This document shows positions 1 to 12,423 of a stretch of 64,000 nt of DNA, in pieces; the stretch's first letter is position 1, and every line of letters starts with the position of its first letter. The stretch covers positions 336,835 to 400,834 of the forward strand of contig NMRA01000114.1 of assembly GCA_002633005.1 (NCBI GenBank). Direction: 5' to 3'. Made by a program: the position numbers and the translations under genes. Source of the DNA: Phoronis australis. Its lineage: Eukaryota; Animalia; Phoronida. The notes beneath the pieces were generated by a model. The model saw nothing but the letters and a program-made list of their open reading frames with translations. It was not told the origin of the DNA and searched no databases.

Positions 1-181
1 CTGCCGGCCAACCAGTTAAGATAGTATTAGCAAACTGCCCTTATGAAACTGCAACGGTTGAGATCAGTTCGCATTCCTATAAAATTTACCCAGTTACAGA
101 CAGTCCCATTAATTTTAATTGCTAAGAGCTCGCCAGCTCATTGGCCATATTGGATCGCTCTTGTATACCTTCTATCTTCAT

Positions 182-240
182 AGACAGCGACCACCGTCTC
201 TACTGGCAGTGCCAGGCAGTAGAGACGGTGGTCGCTATCT
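182..240. repeat. Near-perfect 59-nt hairpin in SDR intron 1
   Basis: AGCGACCACCGTCTCTACTG (186-205) is the exact reverse complement of CAGTAGAGACGGTGGTCGCT (217-236), with an 11-nt loop. Confidence 0.85.
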
Positions 241-408
241 TTCACAAGTTTCACATCAGTGCTTTTCTGACAGGACGGCGGAAAATCTGTCGTGCAGAAT
301 TTTTCACGGATGTCAGCGCACAGCTTTGGAATAATGTGTTCACAAATTATCCAAACAAGAGAGTAGAACAAATTGCTGGGTGCAACACGTGTAAAAATTA
401 CAATTTAC

Positions 409-463
409 CTGTAATCAAAGCAACCTTATTGGACAGTTTGCATTCCGCCATCTTGGCCGTCAT
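409..463 (-). CDS. First coding exon of a short-chain dehydrogenase/reductase (SDR); gene continues beyond the left edge
   Basis: Minus strand reads ATG ACG GCC AAG ATG GCG GAA TGC AAA CTG TCC AAT AAG GTT GCT TTG ATT ACA G|GTAAAT = MTAKMAECKLSNKVALIT(G). This is the typical SDR start leading into the TGxxxGxG Rossmann motif, followed by a phase-1 GT donor. The second ATG (451-449) is in AAGATGGCGG context. Too short for the ORF track. Confidence 0.7.
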
Positions 464-490
464 GTGACTGATCACGTGCCGTTTATAAAT
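457..490 (-). promoter_or_regulatory. Putative core promoter of the SDR gene
   Basis: TTTATAAA at 482-489, E-box CACGTG at 473-478 and GTCACATG at 461-468, all at or just upstream of the ATG. Confidence 0.35.
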
Positions 491-1048
491 GTGAACTGGA
501 CGCAAGAGTTCATCTACCCTCTGACACAGCGCCACCTATATTGCAAAGTGGTAGGCAGGTTGAGGTCCGTTGCAGCTAACATTCCTCTAAATGAAGTCCG
601 AATTCTTCTATAACGAGTTGAGTGTTTATTTCTTTCGCCCATATTCCTTATGAACATCAGTTCAGAATTTTGCACTTCGGTGAATGTGCGTCCACTGTCT
701 GCGGCTTTATCTAGTGACTACGTAAAGATATGACAGAAATTCTCAAGTTCAGTCGTCAGAGCAGCCCCCATTGTGGACCATTCATGAGAAAGTGAAATGG
801 ACCATTATGGTTCAGTGGCGGATCTACGGTATCACAAGGGGGGCCCAACATTTTGGCTATAAACATTTGGTCCAAGCGCGATTGTAGATGTGCATAGCAC
901 CGAATGGGGGGCAAACCCCCCTCCCGACCAGGAAATTTTTCTGTTTTTTCCTCTAAAAATCAAGCATTTTCCTTGATTCCCGAAGTTTTATCCAAGAAAA
1001 AAGAAAAATACGAAGAATGTGTCAACCAACAAAAACTCCAAGAACTAC

Positions 1049-1108
1049 GGATTCGAACTCACGCCCTTGCTAGTATAGCGCGCGTGCTTAACCCCTACAA
1101 CACCACGA
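1049..1108 (-). mobile_element. Degenerate tRNA-like (Pol III A/B box) head, SINE-like
   Basis: Minus strand CGTGGTGTTGTAGGGGTTAAGC...GAGTTCGAATCC has A-box- and B-box-like motifs; no intact cloverleaf is evident. Confidence 0.4.
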
Positions 1109-1329
1109 TTTAACTTTTAATTTGAAACTAAGACCTACTTATTTATGGTCCACAGCGTTTGCGCGCGAAAACTCCTTCTTTTTGTAATGCTCATTACATG
1201 TTTTTGTGCAATCGGTTCGTAACATATTTGTTGTATTTAAAATAGTCTTCAATTGCCCAAAAGATCAAATCCGTTTTTTGTGTTGGCAATAATGACGCGA
1301 TTGCTTTGGAAATCGTCTTTTAAGTTAAG

Positions 1330-1525
1330 GTTTGACAAAGAGAGAATTATGAGTTTCTGAGTGATTCACTAAGGCTTCGATTAAAATTGACATCTTACCA
1401 AAAGCGTCTGTTTTTTTCACCATCACTCTAATTCCAGTTTCTTTAAAAAATGAAGAAATTTTCTTCATTGCACAGTGGAGCAGACGACGGAAACGGAGTC
1501 GTAGTGCCCAGCGCCACTGCCGGTC
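1330..1525. repeat. Interspersed repeat, second copy at about 29330-29528
   Basis: Both sites share GTGATTCACwAAGGCTTCGATTAAAATT...TTCTTCATTGCACAGTGGAGCAGACGACGGAAAC. Confidence 0.75.
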
Positions 1526-1901
1526 GCCTGAGATATCACGGGAGAGCCTAAACTTAGCCATAGTTCCGTTACGATTGCGACGTGTTCCGAATTTGACACN
1601 CCCCCCCCCCCCCCTAAGTCGGCCTATGTGGTTCAATTCTAAGCTTGTTGTAGGTAATAGGTACTTGAGGTTATGGAAAGTAACGGTATGATAATTGCAA
1701 GCCTATGTTCATGACTTAGATCATTCACAGGGACGAGACCCATAGACATCACATATTAACTGTATGACGAGACCTCAGCCACTTGATCATGTGCCGCAGA
1801 GCACTAACGCCATAAATGTAATTGTTACATTTTACGTCATTGCTATATTTTATGTTGCTAGGCCTCTCCTAAACTGTAACAACTTGGTACTTCCCATACT
1901 G

Positions 1902-2642
1902 TACGCGTTGAATCTGTCGAGGGAAATACGGCCATGTAATAAAGTTTTCCGTATTCACCTCTCGCACCACTTCAACAGTGACCTCTGACATGGAAAGTTC
2001 AAAAGATATGTCAATGTCGACTCGACGTCGTTAGCCGGTTCGATCACCAAACGTTCGGGAAATAGTTTAAAGTAATACAATTAAGTAACGTTCAACATAC
2101 AATCAGGTCTCAATCGTAACATCTGGAACAGGACAGTTAATTGCTAGTTCTGTCTCAGTTTTCATTTGCTAAATATTTTATCGTCTGCAACTCTGGTGCT
2201 GATTCATCGCTAACTACAATATCAAATATTGTTGTTATTTAACTATTTTCAGGAGATGTTATAAGTTCAATGAAAAGTTACCCTTGTTTTCGTCTTTGTT
2301 ATCTCTTTTCAAGAAATAAATCGTCACATTTAAAACTGTACTTTTACTAGAGAAAACTTGCTGCCTAACGCGCAAGTACATACATAAGGATGTGATCCAC
2401 CACGTGAACAGTCTGAATGACGTAAAAAATCAGCGGAAAAAATGAAAGAAACTTAGGAATTCGAAGCGTATGGGATAGGCCTAAGTACAATACGTAGGCT
2501 ACCTCGATTGGCGTACATGAAGTAATATCACACTCTACATTATTCCGCGTATCAACCTCGACCTTTGGTCTCGGTCGATACGCGTAATAATGTCTCGTGA
2601 AATATTACTTCATGTACGCCACTCTCGGTACGGTTTGTGTAT
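1902..2642 (+). repeat. Interspersed repeat family A, copy 1 (about 0.6-0.75 kb, unclassified)
   Basis: Starts TACGCGTTGAATCTGTCGAGGGAAATACGGCC and is collinear with copies at about 3181-3822 and 14629-15225. Confidence 0.85.
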
Positions 2643-3180
2643 TTACATTACGGCGTTCTCCCGTTGAGTCTTACTTGTTAAGTTGTATATCACAACAACT
2701 TGGGCGGATGACTGCTGTAGCCAATATCTTACACTGACGACTGATTAAGTCCATTCTTGCAATTAGGGTTGGAGAGTCAGCTCACTTTTGCTCGATAATT
2801 GTTCTAATCTCCAATAAGTTCACTGGGCTGTGCTGTTAAAAATAAGTTAAGTTAGACAATGTTTGAACGTAAACCAATGACTTTTCTGAATTGCCCTTCA
2901 AATACTGTTCAAGCTTATATTTTTTGAATCACCAAAATCGCCCAACTACAATCGAAGTTAAGACAATCTATTCTGTCCAGACGTACCAACGTAAAGGGTT
3001 TGACTGTGTTCACATCTGATCGGTTATAAGCCTGGTAGATAATTTATCTGCATGTTAATTGTCCTACCAGACAAAAGACTATGCTCGGCATTTTACAAAG
3101 GAGATAGATGTTATCACACGCTCACAATCGCTGTACTGAACGGGAGAACGCCCTAATAATCCTTAAAAAACTGTCATTTA

Positions 3181-3822
3181 TTTTTATCCCATACGCGTTG
3201 AATCTGTCGAGGGAAATACGGCCGTGTAATAAAGTTTTCCGTATTCACCTCCCGCACTACTTCAACAGTGACCTCTGACATGGAAAGCTCAAAAAGGTAG
3301 GTCAATGTCGACTCGACGTCTTCAGCCGGTTCGATCATCAAACTTTCCGAATATAGTTTAAAGTAATACAGTTGCAACAGTGTAACTAACACTCGACATG
3401 CAACCAGGCCCTAAACGTAAAACCTGGAACAAAATTGTTAATTATACGACACTTATGTCTCAGTTTTCAATTGCTGATTACTATATAGTGTGCAACTCAG
3501 GCGCCCATTCCTAGGAAATTAAAATATCAAATGTTGTTTTTTAACTATTTTCAGGAGATGTTAAAAGTTCACTGCACAGTTGCCGTTGTTTTCATCTTTG
3601 ATACCTCTTTTCAAGAAATAAGTCGTTACTTTTAAAACTGTTTCTTTTACAAGAGATCCACCATTTGAACAGTCTGGGTGAAGTACTTGAAAAATCTGCC
3701 GAAAAAGTGTAAGGAACTTAGGAATTCGAAGCGTATGGTTCGGTCTCGGTCGATACGCGGAATAATATCTCGTGGCCGGGATATTACTTCATGTACGCCA
3801 CTCTCTGTACGTTTTGTGTATA
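3181..3822 (+). repeat. Interspersed repeat family A, copy 2
   Basis: Collinear with 1902-2642, including the end ATATTACTTCATGTACGCCACTCTC. Confidence 0.85.
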
Positions 3823-4847
3823 TATGACCCCAATGAGGTTATTTTTCATTGTAGTTCTCGTTAGATTTAGACCCCATTAAAAGGCTTATTGGGGCACCAC
3901 GAAAATACGTCCCACTGGCGGCGATCTTCCAATAGTTTGATATTTTCCCTGTCGACTGATTAGCTCTTAAAAAACGCAGGCGGGGGGCGCCAGGGTTAAG
4001 CCGTGACAACCGACCTAAGTTTGGGGCCGGGGACAGTTAAGAAAGGAAAGATTGCGAAATAAGGATAAGAGAGAAAATTGAAGAGAACATTTAAGAACTC
4101 AGCATCACTGCATGGTTTACATTTTGAAGACACTGGCCAGGACATTGTCGTTAGGGTCTCCGCTTTTGCAACACAGATCGTATTAACGCACTTGAAAACG
4201 TGCACAAAGTCAGTCATACATATATTTCGAAAAACCGAAAAAATTTGTAAAGCGAAGCTTTTACAGAGCGTACTAGTTTACTGGATTTTTAAATTCAATA
4301 AGCCAATTTTGCGAATGCAAAACTATATTTTTCCAGATGTCCTTCATAGGCAAGGGATAACAAAGACAATTTTCGGTTAATTTTCTCTCGAAGCTGTATA
4401 TTACTTGAGAAAAATTGATGACCTGACAGATAATATCAATTGTTGCGCATTTCCTTATACTTTAAAGTATAGATATTTTCAAATTTAGGGGCCTCGCCCT
4501 TGAAGGAGGCCACTGATGACATTCAAGTGGCCACCCTTTTAGTGGTTTTAATGACAAGTTCTTAAGGGGCAGCTCACGGAGAGAGGGCCCAATGTTGGTA
4601 TCGATTACCTCTATTTTCCTGTTTTTGGTGAAATCGTGCATCCGGCTTTCGTGCTGAAGGAGCTCACTCCCTACGTCGCTTTGGGACCACACGGCGGTGA
4701 AATGCAGTGTCACCCTTTGTTCCATGCTTAATGATGTTTAGCCTTTCATGTTAAGGTGTCCCATTTCAGACGGTACCCTCTCGCGGTGGAGCAGTTCGGG
4801 GGAAATGTCCCTTTGGGTGACGAGTTTCGGACCGACCCGAATATCGC

Positions 4848-5603
4848 TGTGCCCCTAGTGGCAATTTTAGTTTTTTACGCCTTCCTCTGTATCTTCAAAG
4901 TTCCTCAACCGATTTTCATGAAATTTGGCACATAGGCATGTGTTAATGTGTTGACGCTATCCTCCCGTTTTTGGATGGATTCGAGCCAATTTGCGCCATC
5001 TAGTGACCATCTTTACTATTTTCGAGTTCGTTTTTGGCGTCCGCCCCTCTATCAACCAAACCACTCTAAGGATGATTGTGAAAATTGGCATGTACGTTTT
5101 TACTATGAAGAAGACGGTTGACGATGATTTCCCGACGACTTTGACTACTGTGGCATCTCCTAGTGGAAGTTTTGGTGTTTTTTTGAGCCCATGGCTGTAA
5201 ACCATTGGCAGGATCTTTACTAAACTTAGGAAATGTGTTGATATGACGTCGACAATGGCTGACAACGACTTTCGAAGGGATCTGATTTTCGGTGTGCCCC
5301 CTAGTGGCAATTTTAGTTTTTTGTGCTTACCTCTGTATCTTCAAAGATCCTCTACGTATTTTCATAAAATATGGCGTATAGGCATCTGTTAGTCAGATGA
5401 TACTATCCGCCCATTTTCGGATGGATTTGACGTAGTTTGCGCCACGTAGTGGCCATTTTTTACTGTTTTTTAGTCTGGTTTTGGCGTCCACCACTCTATC
5501 AACCAAACCGCTTTAAGGGTGATTGTGAAAATTGGCATGTATGTTCTTACTATGAAGAATACAGCTGACGATGATTTTCCAACGACTTCGACTACTGTGG
5601 CGC
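4848..5603. repeat. Tandem duplication with a unit of about 447 bp (1.7 copies), resembling internal repeats of a non-autonomous rolling-circle element
   Basis: GTGCCCC(C)TAGTGGCAATTTTAGTTTTTT...CTCTGTATCTTCAAAG recurs at about 4848 and 5295. The second unit ends where the LINE remnant begins. Confidence 0.7.
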
Positions 5604-5604
5604 C

Positions 5605-7560
5605 TATGCTGATGTATTTGTTGAGGAGGTGTTTATGCTAAGAGGGCCTTAGAGAGATCGATAAATTTTGTCTAAGGATTTTGACCTCTGGCTAGAAAAC
5701 TATGTATTTTGTCAACAAGTTCAAGAGCAGCAAGCTCAGTAGAAAAATTCGCGCGAAAACCATATTGATGGTTGTAGAGAATTTTATATTTATTTAGAAA
5801 TGTATGAAACTGCTCATGCACAATTTTCTCAAATAATTTAGAAATGGATCATTTCCTTTGAAGACTGGAATTATTTTTGAAATATTAAATTGATGAGGAA
5901 AGACGCCCTGCATAAGCGATTGATTGATTAGAAAAGTGAGGGCAGGTGAAAGTTCGTCGGTACAAAGTTTTATGAGTGCTGTTGATATATTGTCATGTCC
6001 CGTGCTTGCAGTGTGTTTTAGATATTTGGTTGTACTCTTTACTTTTTGTGCATGAGTGTGTACAAACTTGACGATGTAGGGCGATCGCGTGTTTAAAACT
6101 TGAATGACGTATCAGTCTGGGGCAGTTGGGAAGCACATTTTGGCCCAACGTTAATAAAGAAGTCGTTAAATTCATTAGCAATGTTAAGTTTGCGTAAGGG
6201 TGTGCAACCTGTTTGAGATTTAATAATGGAAGATGCTTTAACATCAGAGTCAATAAGAACAGACTTAATAGTCTGTTATGTCATCGTTATGTCGTTTTTA
6301 AATTTGGTAACTTCCCTATACATCTGTTTAGCATATGTAATTGTGGTTTTCAATAAGTTGCTGTATAATTTAAAATTATTCTATATTACACCAAAGTTGT
6401 GACTGTGTTTAGGTGTGAAGGTAAGTTGTCTGTACAATTTGTCTTTAAATTTTATTGATTTCATGTTGTTATCCATGCATTTATTTTACGTCTGTATTTG
6501 TTGAATTATTTGGTTTTGTAGGGGAAGTGTTTGTTGATTAAATCAGTTAGAGTTCGAGAGAAATATTGTAATTTGCGTTAATTTCGTTATCCTCATTGAG
6601 TATGGGTTGGTCATTTATTAAGTTAATAAGTACTTCTTTGAGATCATGTATTGACCGTTCATTCAATAGAGTATGTGTCTTATGTCTTTATGGTTTGTTT
6701 TAGTGTCAATTACAATAAACGTGGGGTAGTGGTCAGATAGAGACGATAGTAGAATTCCAGCGTCAGACTGTTCCAGCATACAGAAATGTTTTTTTCCATA
6801 AATGTGGTCGATAAGTGTGGCAGAGTGATCGGTAAATCTAATGGGAAGAGTAATTTCAGGATAGTAACAATGAGTTATAATTACATCAAAAAATTCGTGT
6901 GTCATGTTGGAGTTTAAGTTTATAAGGTTAATGGTGGAGTGCCCCAAGATAATTATTTCTTTGTTATATGAAGCCAGATTGGCTAGTTCAATGGTATATC
7001 CAAGGAGGAATAGATCGGCGTGTCTGAATTCATTTAAGGGTGGTCTGTATACATATTTTTAAAACAATAGTCAATGGTGTATTATCAGGCGTTCTTACAT
7101 GCCCTACTAGTCCTTCCCATGTAGTAAAGTTGTTAAGTTTAATAACCTTTCTAATTTCTAAGTAGTCTTTAACATATATGATGAGACCTCCGTGACGAGA
7201 ACAGGACTCGTGAGATGACATTGATACAATAGAATAGCCCTAAAGTTGAAATTCGGGTTATGATTTTCGCTTATGCAGGTTTCCTGGAGGCAGATGATGT
7301 CAATAGACGAGTGTGTAGAAGTAGTATTTGCTTTATATATCATTGTCTGAAATTCTACAAACTTGGAAATGATAGATTGTGTATGAACACTTAGTATGCT
7401 TAACTTGAGTTTATTGTACTTAAGATAATTTTTGAAACCACATAGTGTAGTGAATTGCGTATGTTGATGAAACTGCCTTCATCATTCTGTTTCAGTTTGT
7501 TGATTATGTTGTAGTTGTCGTTTCCACCACAGGCGTTTAGCGCCTCATTGAAATCTAGAG
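5605..7560 (-). mobile_element. Degenerate CR1/L2-group LINE ORF2 (APE endonuclease plus start of RT), frameshifted and 3'-truncated
   Basis: APE motifs IDIICLQET, HGGLIIYVK, ITLPIRFTDHSATLIDHIY and LSSLSDHYPTFI. RT motifs LINQSLMQGVFP, KIIPVFKG, NHQYGFRANFSTELAALELVDKI and FIDLSKA read on the minus strand at about 5640-5940. Confidence 0.9.
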
Positions 7561-8099
7561 ACATGTCACCAATCATGTTATAGGTTCATTCATGGAGGAC
7601 GAAATGTTACAACTGCGCTGCTCTTCAACAATGTCAGGCCAACTTGAAAGGTGAAAGATTGTGATCTACTATTAAAATTAACGGACATATAAATTCTACA
7701 CATACTATCAAGAGTACCTAACATCGATAAGCTATTGTAATAGAGCCTCAACTTTCCATTAGTAATTGGAGAGCAAGCAGAAACCAAATGTCACTTTCCT
7801 GCATACAATACTGTGACACGTGTTTATCACTCCAAATGTCTTGGAAAAACTCCTACTACGTAGTTTGATAGGTTGTCGAGGGGTGACACTAAGACTGGTG
7901 CTGAAATGCTATCAGAGGCCACATCATTCATGGCAAGGCCACAGATCGGTGCGTATAAAGAATGACTGGCGGGCTTCTGGATTGTTGACTTATTTTGCCG
8001 AGAAATCGTGGGTTGTCAGGAACAAGATTCCATTTCGAACAAAAATGACAAAATGAAAATGAAGCAATGAAATTAGGCTGTATTTGATGACTACAACAC

Positions 8100-8822
8100 A
8101 CGTATGGGCCGCTTTTTATGCAAAAAACATCAAATTGTATATTCAATTCCATTTAATGAACTTAATGCCAACTGCACAACAATTCAATCCTATTGTAACA
8201 AAGCAAGTCTCCACTGAGCATCAAAAATGTGTATTTCACCTCATCATGCATATGTTCAGTTCAGTTACCCATGATAACGATCAATTTCATGTAGGCAAAG
8301 GAAGGAAACACCATTCTCCTAAGCCTGTCGCTAGCGAAGTGCCCGACACCTACAGTCGCGCCCGCATGCCCACGTAAAAAAGGCGCACTGAGACGCAACA
8401 AAGACAATAGCATAAGAATAACTGAGCATTTGCAACTAAATAAGAATAACAATAAGCCGCAAGTTGCGAACGTCCCGTTTACTATCTTGCGCATTCAATG
8501 CTATTACATCAATTCAATCCACACTCGTCGATCCAATATCGTGAATTCAATGCTGTTTTGTGTATTCTAACCTGTTTTGTGAATTCAATGCTTTTACATC
8601 TATTGGGTTTCGTCTATAGTATCGTGTAGTGAATTCAGTCCCGTTTGATGAATTCAATTCAGTTTCGTCGATTTTGTTTCGTCAATCTTAGCGGCCTATG
8701 GGCAACTAACTATTGATTTCGTGTATTCTAGCCTGTCGTGAATTCAATCCTATTTTGTCGATTATGTTTCGTCAATCCTGGCCGCCTATGGACGAAACCA
8801 ATGTGTCACATGTGCGCATGTT
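8100..8822. repeat. Repeat family B, inverted relative to the copy at about 9975-10312
   Basis: AATTCAATCCACACTCGTCGATCCAATATCGTGAA (about 8511) is approximately the reverse complement of 10170-10204. 8102-8168 matches 10246-10310 and 15329-15394 in reverse. Confidence 0.75.
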
Positions 8823-9974
8823 TTTTAAGTTTCCCGGATGTATGCGTCTTGCCTAACGTCTGCTGTGACACTCGTCAGAAGCGATGCAAGAGTTGTTTCT
8901 GACAATGTCACAGAGAAAACTGCTGTCAAATGTCATTGGTCCTTTGACCAATGCAGATGACCAGCTGCAAAAATGTCAACAACTGGCCTCACACAATCCC
9001 CGATCCAGCGGAATCTGGTGGCTACTTCAGTCGGCTCTGAGGGACACTACGACAGAAAACTTAACGTCAACTGTTTTTTAATGTTTTATATGAAATATTC
9101 AGTACAATAAATATACAAACCCGGAAAGCGCCAAGAGCTATTGTATCTGGGTTACATAGAAATCTATATACAATTATACACAAATACATAAATTAAAAAA
9201 CTGATGCTAAGATTACAATGACATATGCTAATAAATGTAAATAAATCATTTTCATGCACAATAAGCTATTTTACACGTCTACAATTTGATCGACTCACAC
9301 AAAGAGATTTAATATTAAAAAGAAATTTTATACTATATCGAATAAAACCTTATTTTCACTGTGATCGAGATCTTTACATTCATTTAGAAAAAAATAATTT
9401 TTATACACTTGAGGAAGATCTGAATATTTTTTGTAAACATTGGGGGTATTGTTCGAGTGTATCTCTTGCTCCCCGTATACTGCACAAGCAAAGAAAACAA
9501 CTGATGCGAAACCCACCAGTGCCTCCGGATCCGCCGTGATTTCAAGCACTGCATGTGCACCTAGCAACAGGATAAGTACTTGTGTGTTTCTAGTTCCATT
9601 TGTGATATTGTTCGTGCTAAAGTTTTATCACACCAGTTTAAAAACACTCACTAGTAGATCGTAGGCGAGAAATGTCATAAGTCAAACAGGAAGTTTCTGC
9701 CTATAAAAAGGGATTTACTCCGGGGTGTCTTCGCTAAAAGTATATGTGTCAGCCTCCGCCTACTCACAAACGCACATTATTCGCGTGATAAGGGCAAAAC
9801 CACATCTTCTGTCCCTGAAACATCCAACATTCTCCGAAGCAAATGCTGCAACCTATACAGGAAATCGTCATCGAACTGCTAAAGTTCTCAAAGATATGTT
9901 ATAAACGTTTCTATTTCGAGAGACTTGTCGTCGACATCTCCAGCTGGAAGTTATTGCCAAAGAGCACATATCCT

Positions 9975-10312
9975 TGCCTATGTGCATGTGCACATGCGAT
10001 ATATTAGTTGTGTAATTAGGCCGCCAGGATTGACGAAACAGAATTGATGAAACTGGATTGAATTCATGAAACGGGATTGAATTCACAACACGATAGGATA
10101 GACGAAACAGAATCGATTAAACAGCACAGAATTCAGTAAACAGGATAGAATATACAAAACAGCATTGAGTTCACGATATTGAATCGACGAGTGTGGATTG
10201 AATTGATGTAATATCATTGAATACACAAGATAGGATTGAATTGTAGCATCGAGTTCATGAAATGGAATTGAAAATACAATTTGAAGTTTTTGCAGAAATG
10301 GCCGACCATACA
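9975..10312. repeat. Repeat family B, inverted copy just downstream of the opsin stop codon
   Basis: Reverse-complement match to 8100-8822, with GAATTCA/GACGAAAC sub-repeats. Confidence 0.75.
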
Positions 10313-10465
10313 CGCGATCAAAACGCAGTAGAGCAGACAACCGGAAATTCACAGTGCAAAATCTCGCGGCTAGTCTTGTAAAATCTCGGAGTCGCAAGAT
10401 CTAACTCTAGAATCCATAGGTCACGTGCGGGATTTGGCACTCCAATTTTAGATTTCGTGGTTTCG

Positions 10466-10969
10466 TTAAATATTGGTGGTGCTGGTGCTGACTGGGTCAT
10501 ATGAAGCTAAACCGTTCTCCAAGGCGCCTTCCTCTTCGTGAATTTCCGCACGAACTGTTAGCTCGCAGTCCATCCTCTCGTTCTCCAGCGTTGGGAGTAT
10601 GTACACACCTCTCTGCGACATCGACCAAATATGTATGTCATCGATAGACGGCGATCGTTGTGAGTTGTTCTCAGCGTGTATCTCTTCCACGTCGTTCTCG
10701 CCGTTTCGCGTGTTACTGAGATTATTTCTTGGCAGCAGCCAGTGGCACAGTTTCCTCAATTGGTTCTTGACTTTCTTCATTTCCATTTTGACGAAGGGAT
10801 TGTAAAACGAGTATATTATTGGGTTGTACCCAGCCGAGCATTTGCACAGCAACACTGGTAACACAGTTAACCGTACAGGCAGTTCCGTGTCGCTGAATGC
10901 CGTCCAGAAACTGAAAACGGCATAAGGGAACCAGGCGAATATGAAACCCATGCAAAGAATGAACGATAT
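10466..10969 (-). CDS. Opsin (Opn5/neuropsin-like tetraopsin), last coding exon: TM6, TM7 with retinal-binding Lys, long C-terminal tail
   Basis: Acceptor TTTTACAG|ATA, phase 0. ISFILCMGFIFAWFPYAVFSFWTAF...PVRLTVLPVLLCKCSAGYNPIIY resembles Opn5 GFLIAWIPYAVVSVWSAF...PIQLSVVPTLLAKSAAMYNPIIY. The K296-equivalent codon is at 10841-10843; stop TAA. Confidence 0.93.
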   Translation of the reverse strand: MSFILCMGFIFAWFPYAVFSFWTAFSDTELPVRLTVLPVLLCKCSAGYNPIIYSFYNPFVKMEMKKVKNQLRKLCHWLLPRNNLSNTRNGENDVEEIHAENNSQRSPSIDDIHIWSMSQRGVYILPTLENERMDCELTVRAEIHEEEGALENGLASYDPVSTSTTNI

Positions 10970-12087
10970 CTGTAAAATAGAGAATAAGTACGTTGTAAAT
11001 TAGAAAGACCCTAAAGAAGCCCTTTGACCGGAGAAACGTAATTCTGCCCAACATTTTTAGCCTTTCTGCACCTTCTGGGAAAAAAGTCGGGCTCCCAAAA
11101 TATTTGGCCAAAATTCAAAAGATTAGTGACAATTTTTCCCAAAAGTCACAACTTCTTTGCCAAGGCTCAATGTAAGTAGACGCTGGATTTTGAAATTAAA
11201 TAAATTGGTTCCAAATATGTGGTCTAAAAGGAGCGCCTGATTGTATCCGGCATTTACAATCTTAGCTTGCCAGTTTGAGAGTTGCCTGAAATTACAACAA
11301 CTTCCTGCACTGTTACACGAAATAAGTCAAATGTTAAAGGAATCCGACATTTTAAAAAATTTAATATACAGTCAAGTAAACGGACTTTGCTCATTCGCAG
11401 CGTATTCCCAAGCACGACCAAACCAGGGCTGGGTTGCATAAATCTTCGAAATTATTTGCTGGATAAGTTTGATTATTCCATGACGTCAGGTGCATTGTTC
11501 AACAATAACAACGTGGCGCGTGATAATGCGACATCATTGTTGCTATGCAGCGTATAACTTTTATGCAACTGGGCTCAGGTTCAATAAACCTATTTACAGT
11601 GCAAACCACAACATGAAAGCTGCCGTCAAACCGGACATACTTTCGTAATTGAAGTTCTTGCGAGCAAAAACTGACTTCGACTTCAGAACCAGATTCCAAG
11701 GGAAATGGAATTTCTCTTGCTTTGACACCAATTTGGTTTAGGCGGATATGACGCCCGCCTTTAAATCGACACTAAACTCTGTTTTAGTGGTTCACCCAAA
11801 ACCGACTTGATCTCTTGATACCTTAAATTAAAATCTCCAAGGAGAAGCATTATTCAACTAAAATGTTCACTGCCTCATTCTGTCAGGAATCACGATGGAT
11901 AGTCTTACCACCAAGCTGCTCATTAACGTCTCAAAAGCGGTAATCACTCTTGCTGATTTCGCAAATTGTAGAAGCAATTTTCAAACTTTTAATGGTTGAT
12001 ACCAGTGACATAGCATTATTTTTGTTTAAAGGTGGAAGACACGCAGTCTTACATTATCGGTACGAAAGGTGATTTCCGAGATCAGCA

Positions 12088-12143
12088 CGGAATCGAACCT
12101 TGCATCCGCGTGGTCGTAGCCAAACGCTATGCTGGCGGAGCTA
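12088..12143 (-). mobile_element. Degenerate tRNA-like head in an opsin intron
   Basis: Minus strand TAGCTCCGCCAGCATAGCG...GGTTCGATTCC carries A/B-box-like motifs. Confidence 0.35.
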
Positions 12144-12423
12144 AACCACACTCGATAAAATAGAGGTAAGAGCATTTTAAAAGTAAAGTTGCCGGCTTTG
12201 ATTTCAGCGACAACTGTGTATTGAAATGTGCGTTGTTGTACATTATTTTATTCTTGTGCTAAGATCACGTCCTAGTATAAATGAGCGTCCCAGGTTGTGA
12301 ACGCTGAAAGGCGCATTTCATAATTCTTATCAGGGCCGATACGCTGGCCATCTGGGCATGGTAAAAGTTCGACGACCCCTATTAGTGGCTTCGCGTTGTC
12401 GTGCTGCTTTTCGTTTTTCTTAC

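Noticed and set aside
1049-1108. Functional tRNA genes here, at 12088-12143 and at 53812-53890
   Set aside because: Only degenerate A/B boxes; the acceptor and anticodon stems do not pair convincingly.
4957-5310. Overlapping ORFs of 117 and 69 aa
   Set aside because: They fall within a tandemly repeated non-coding unit and the second unit does not preserve them.
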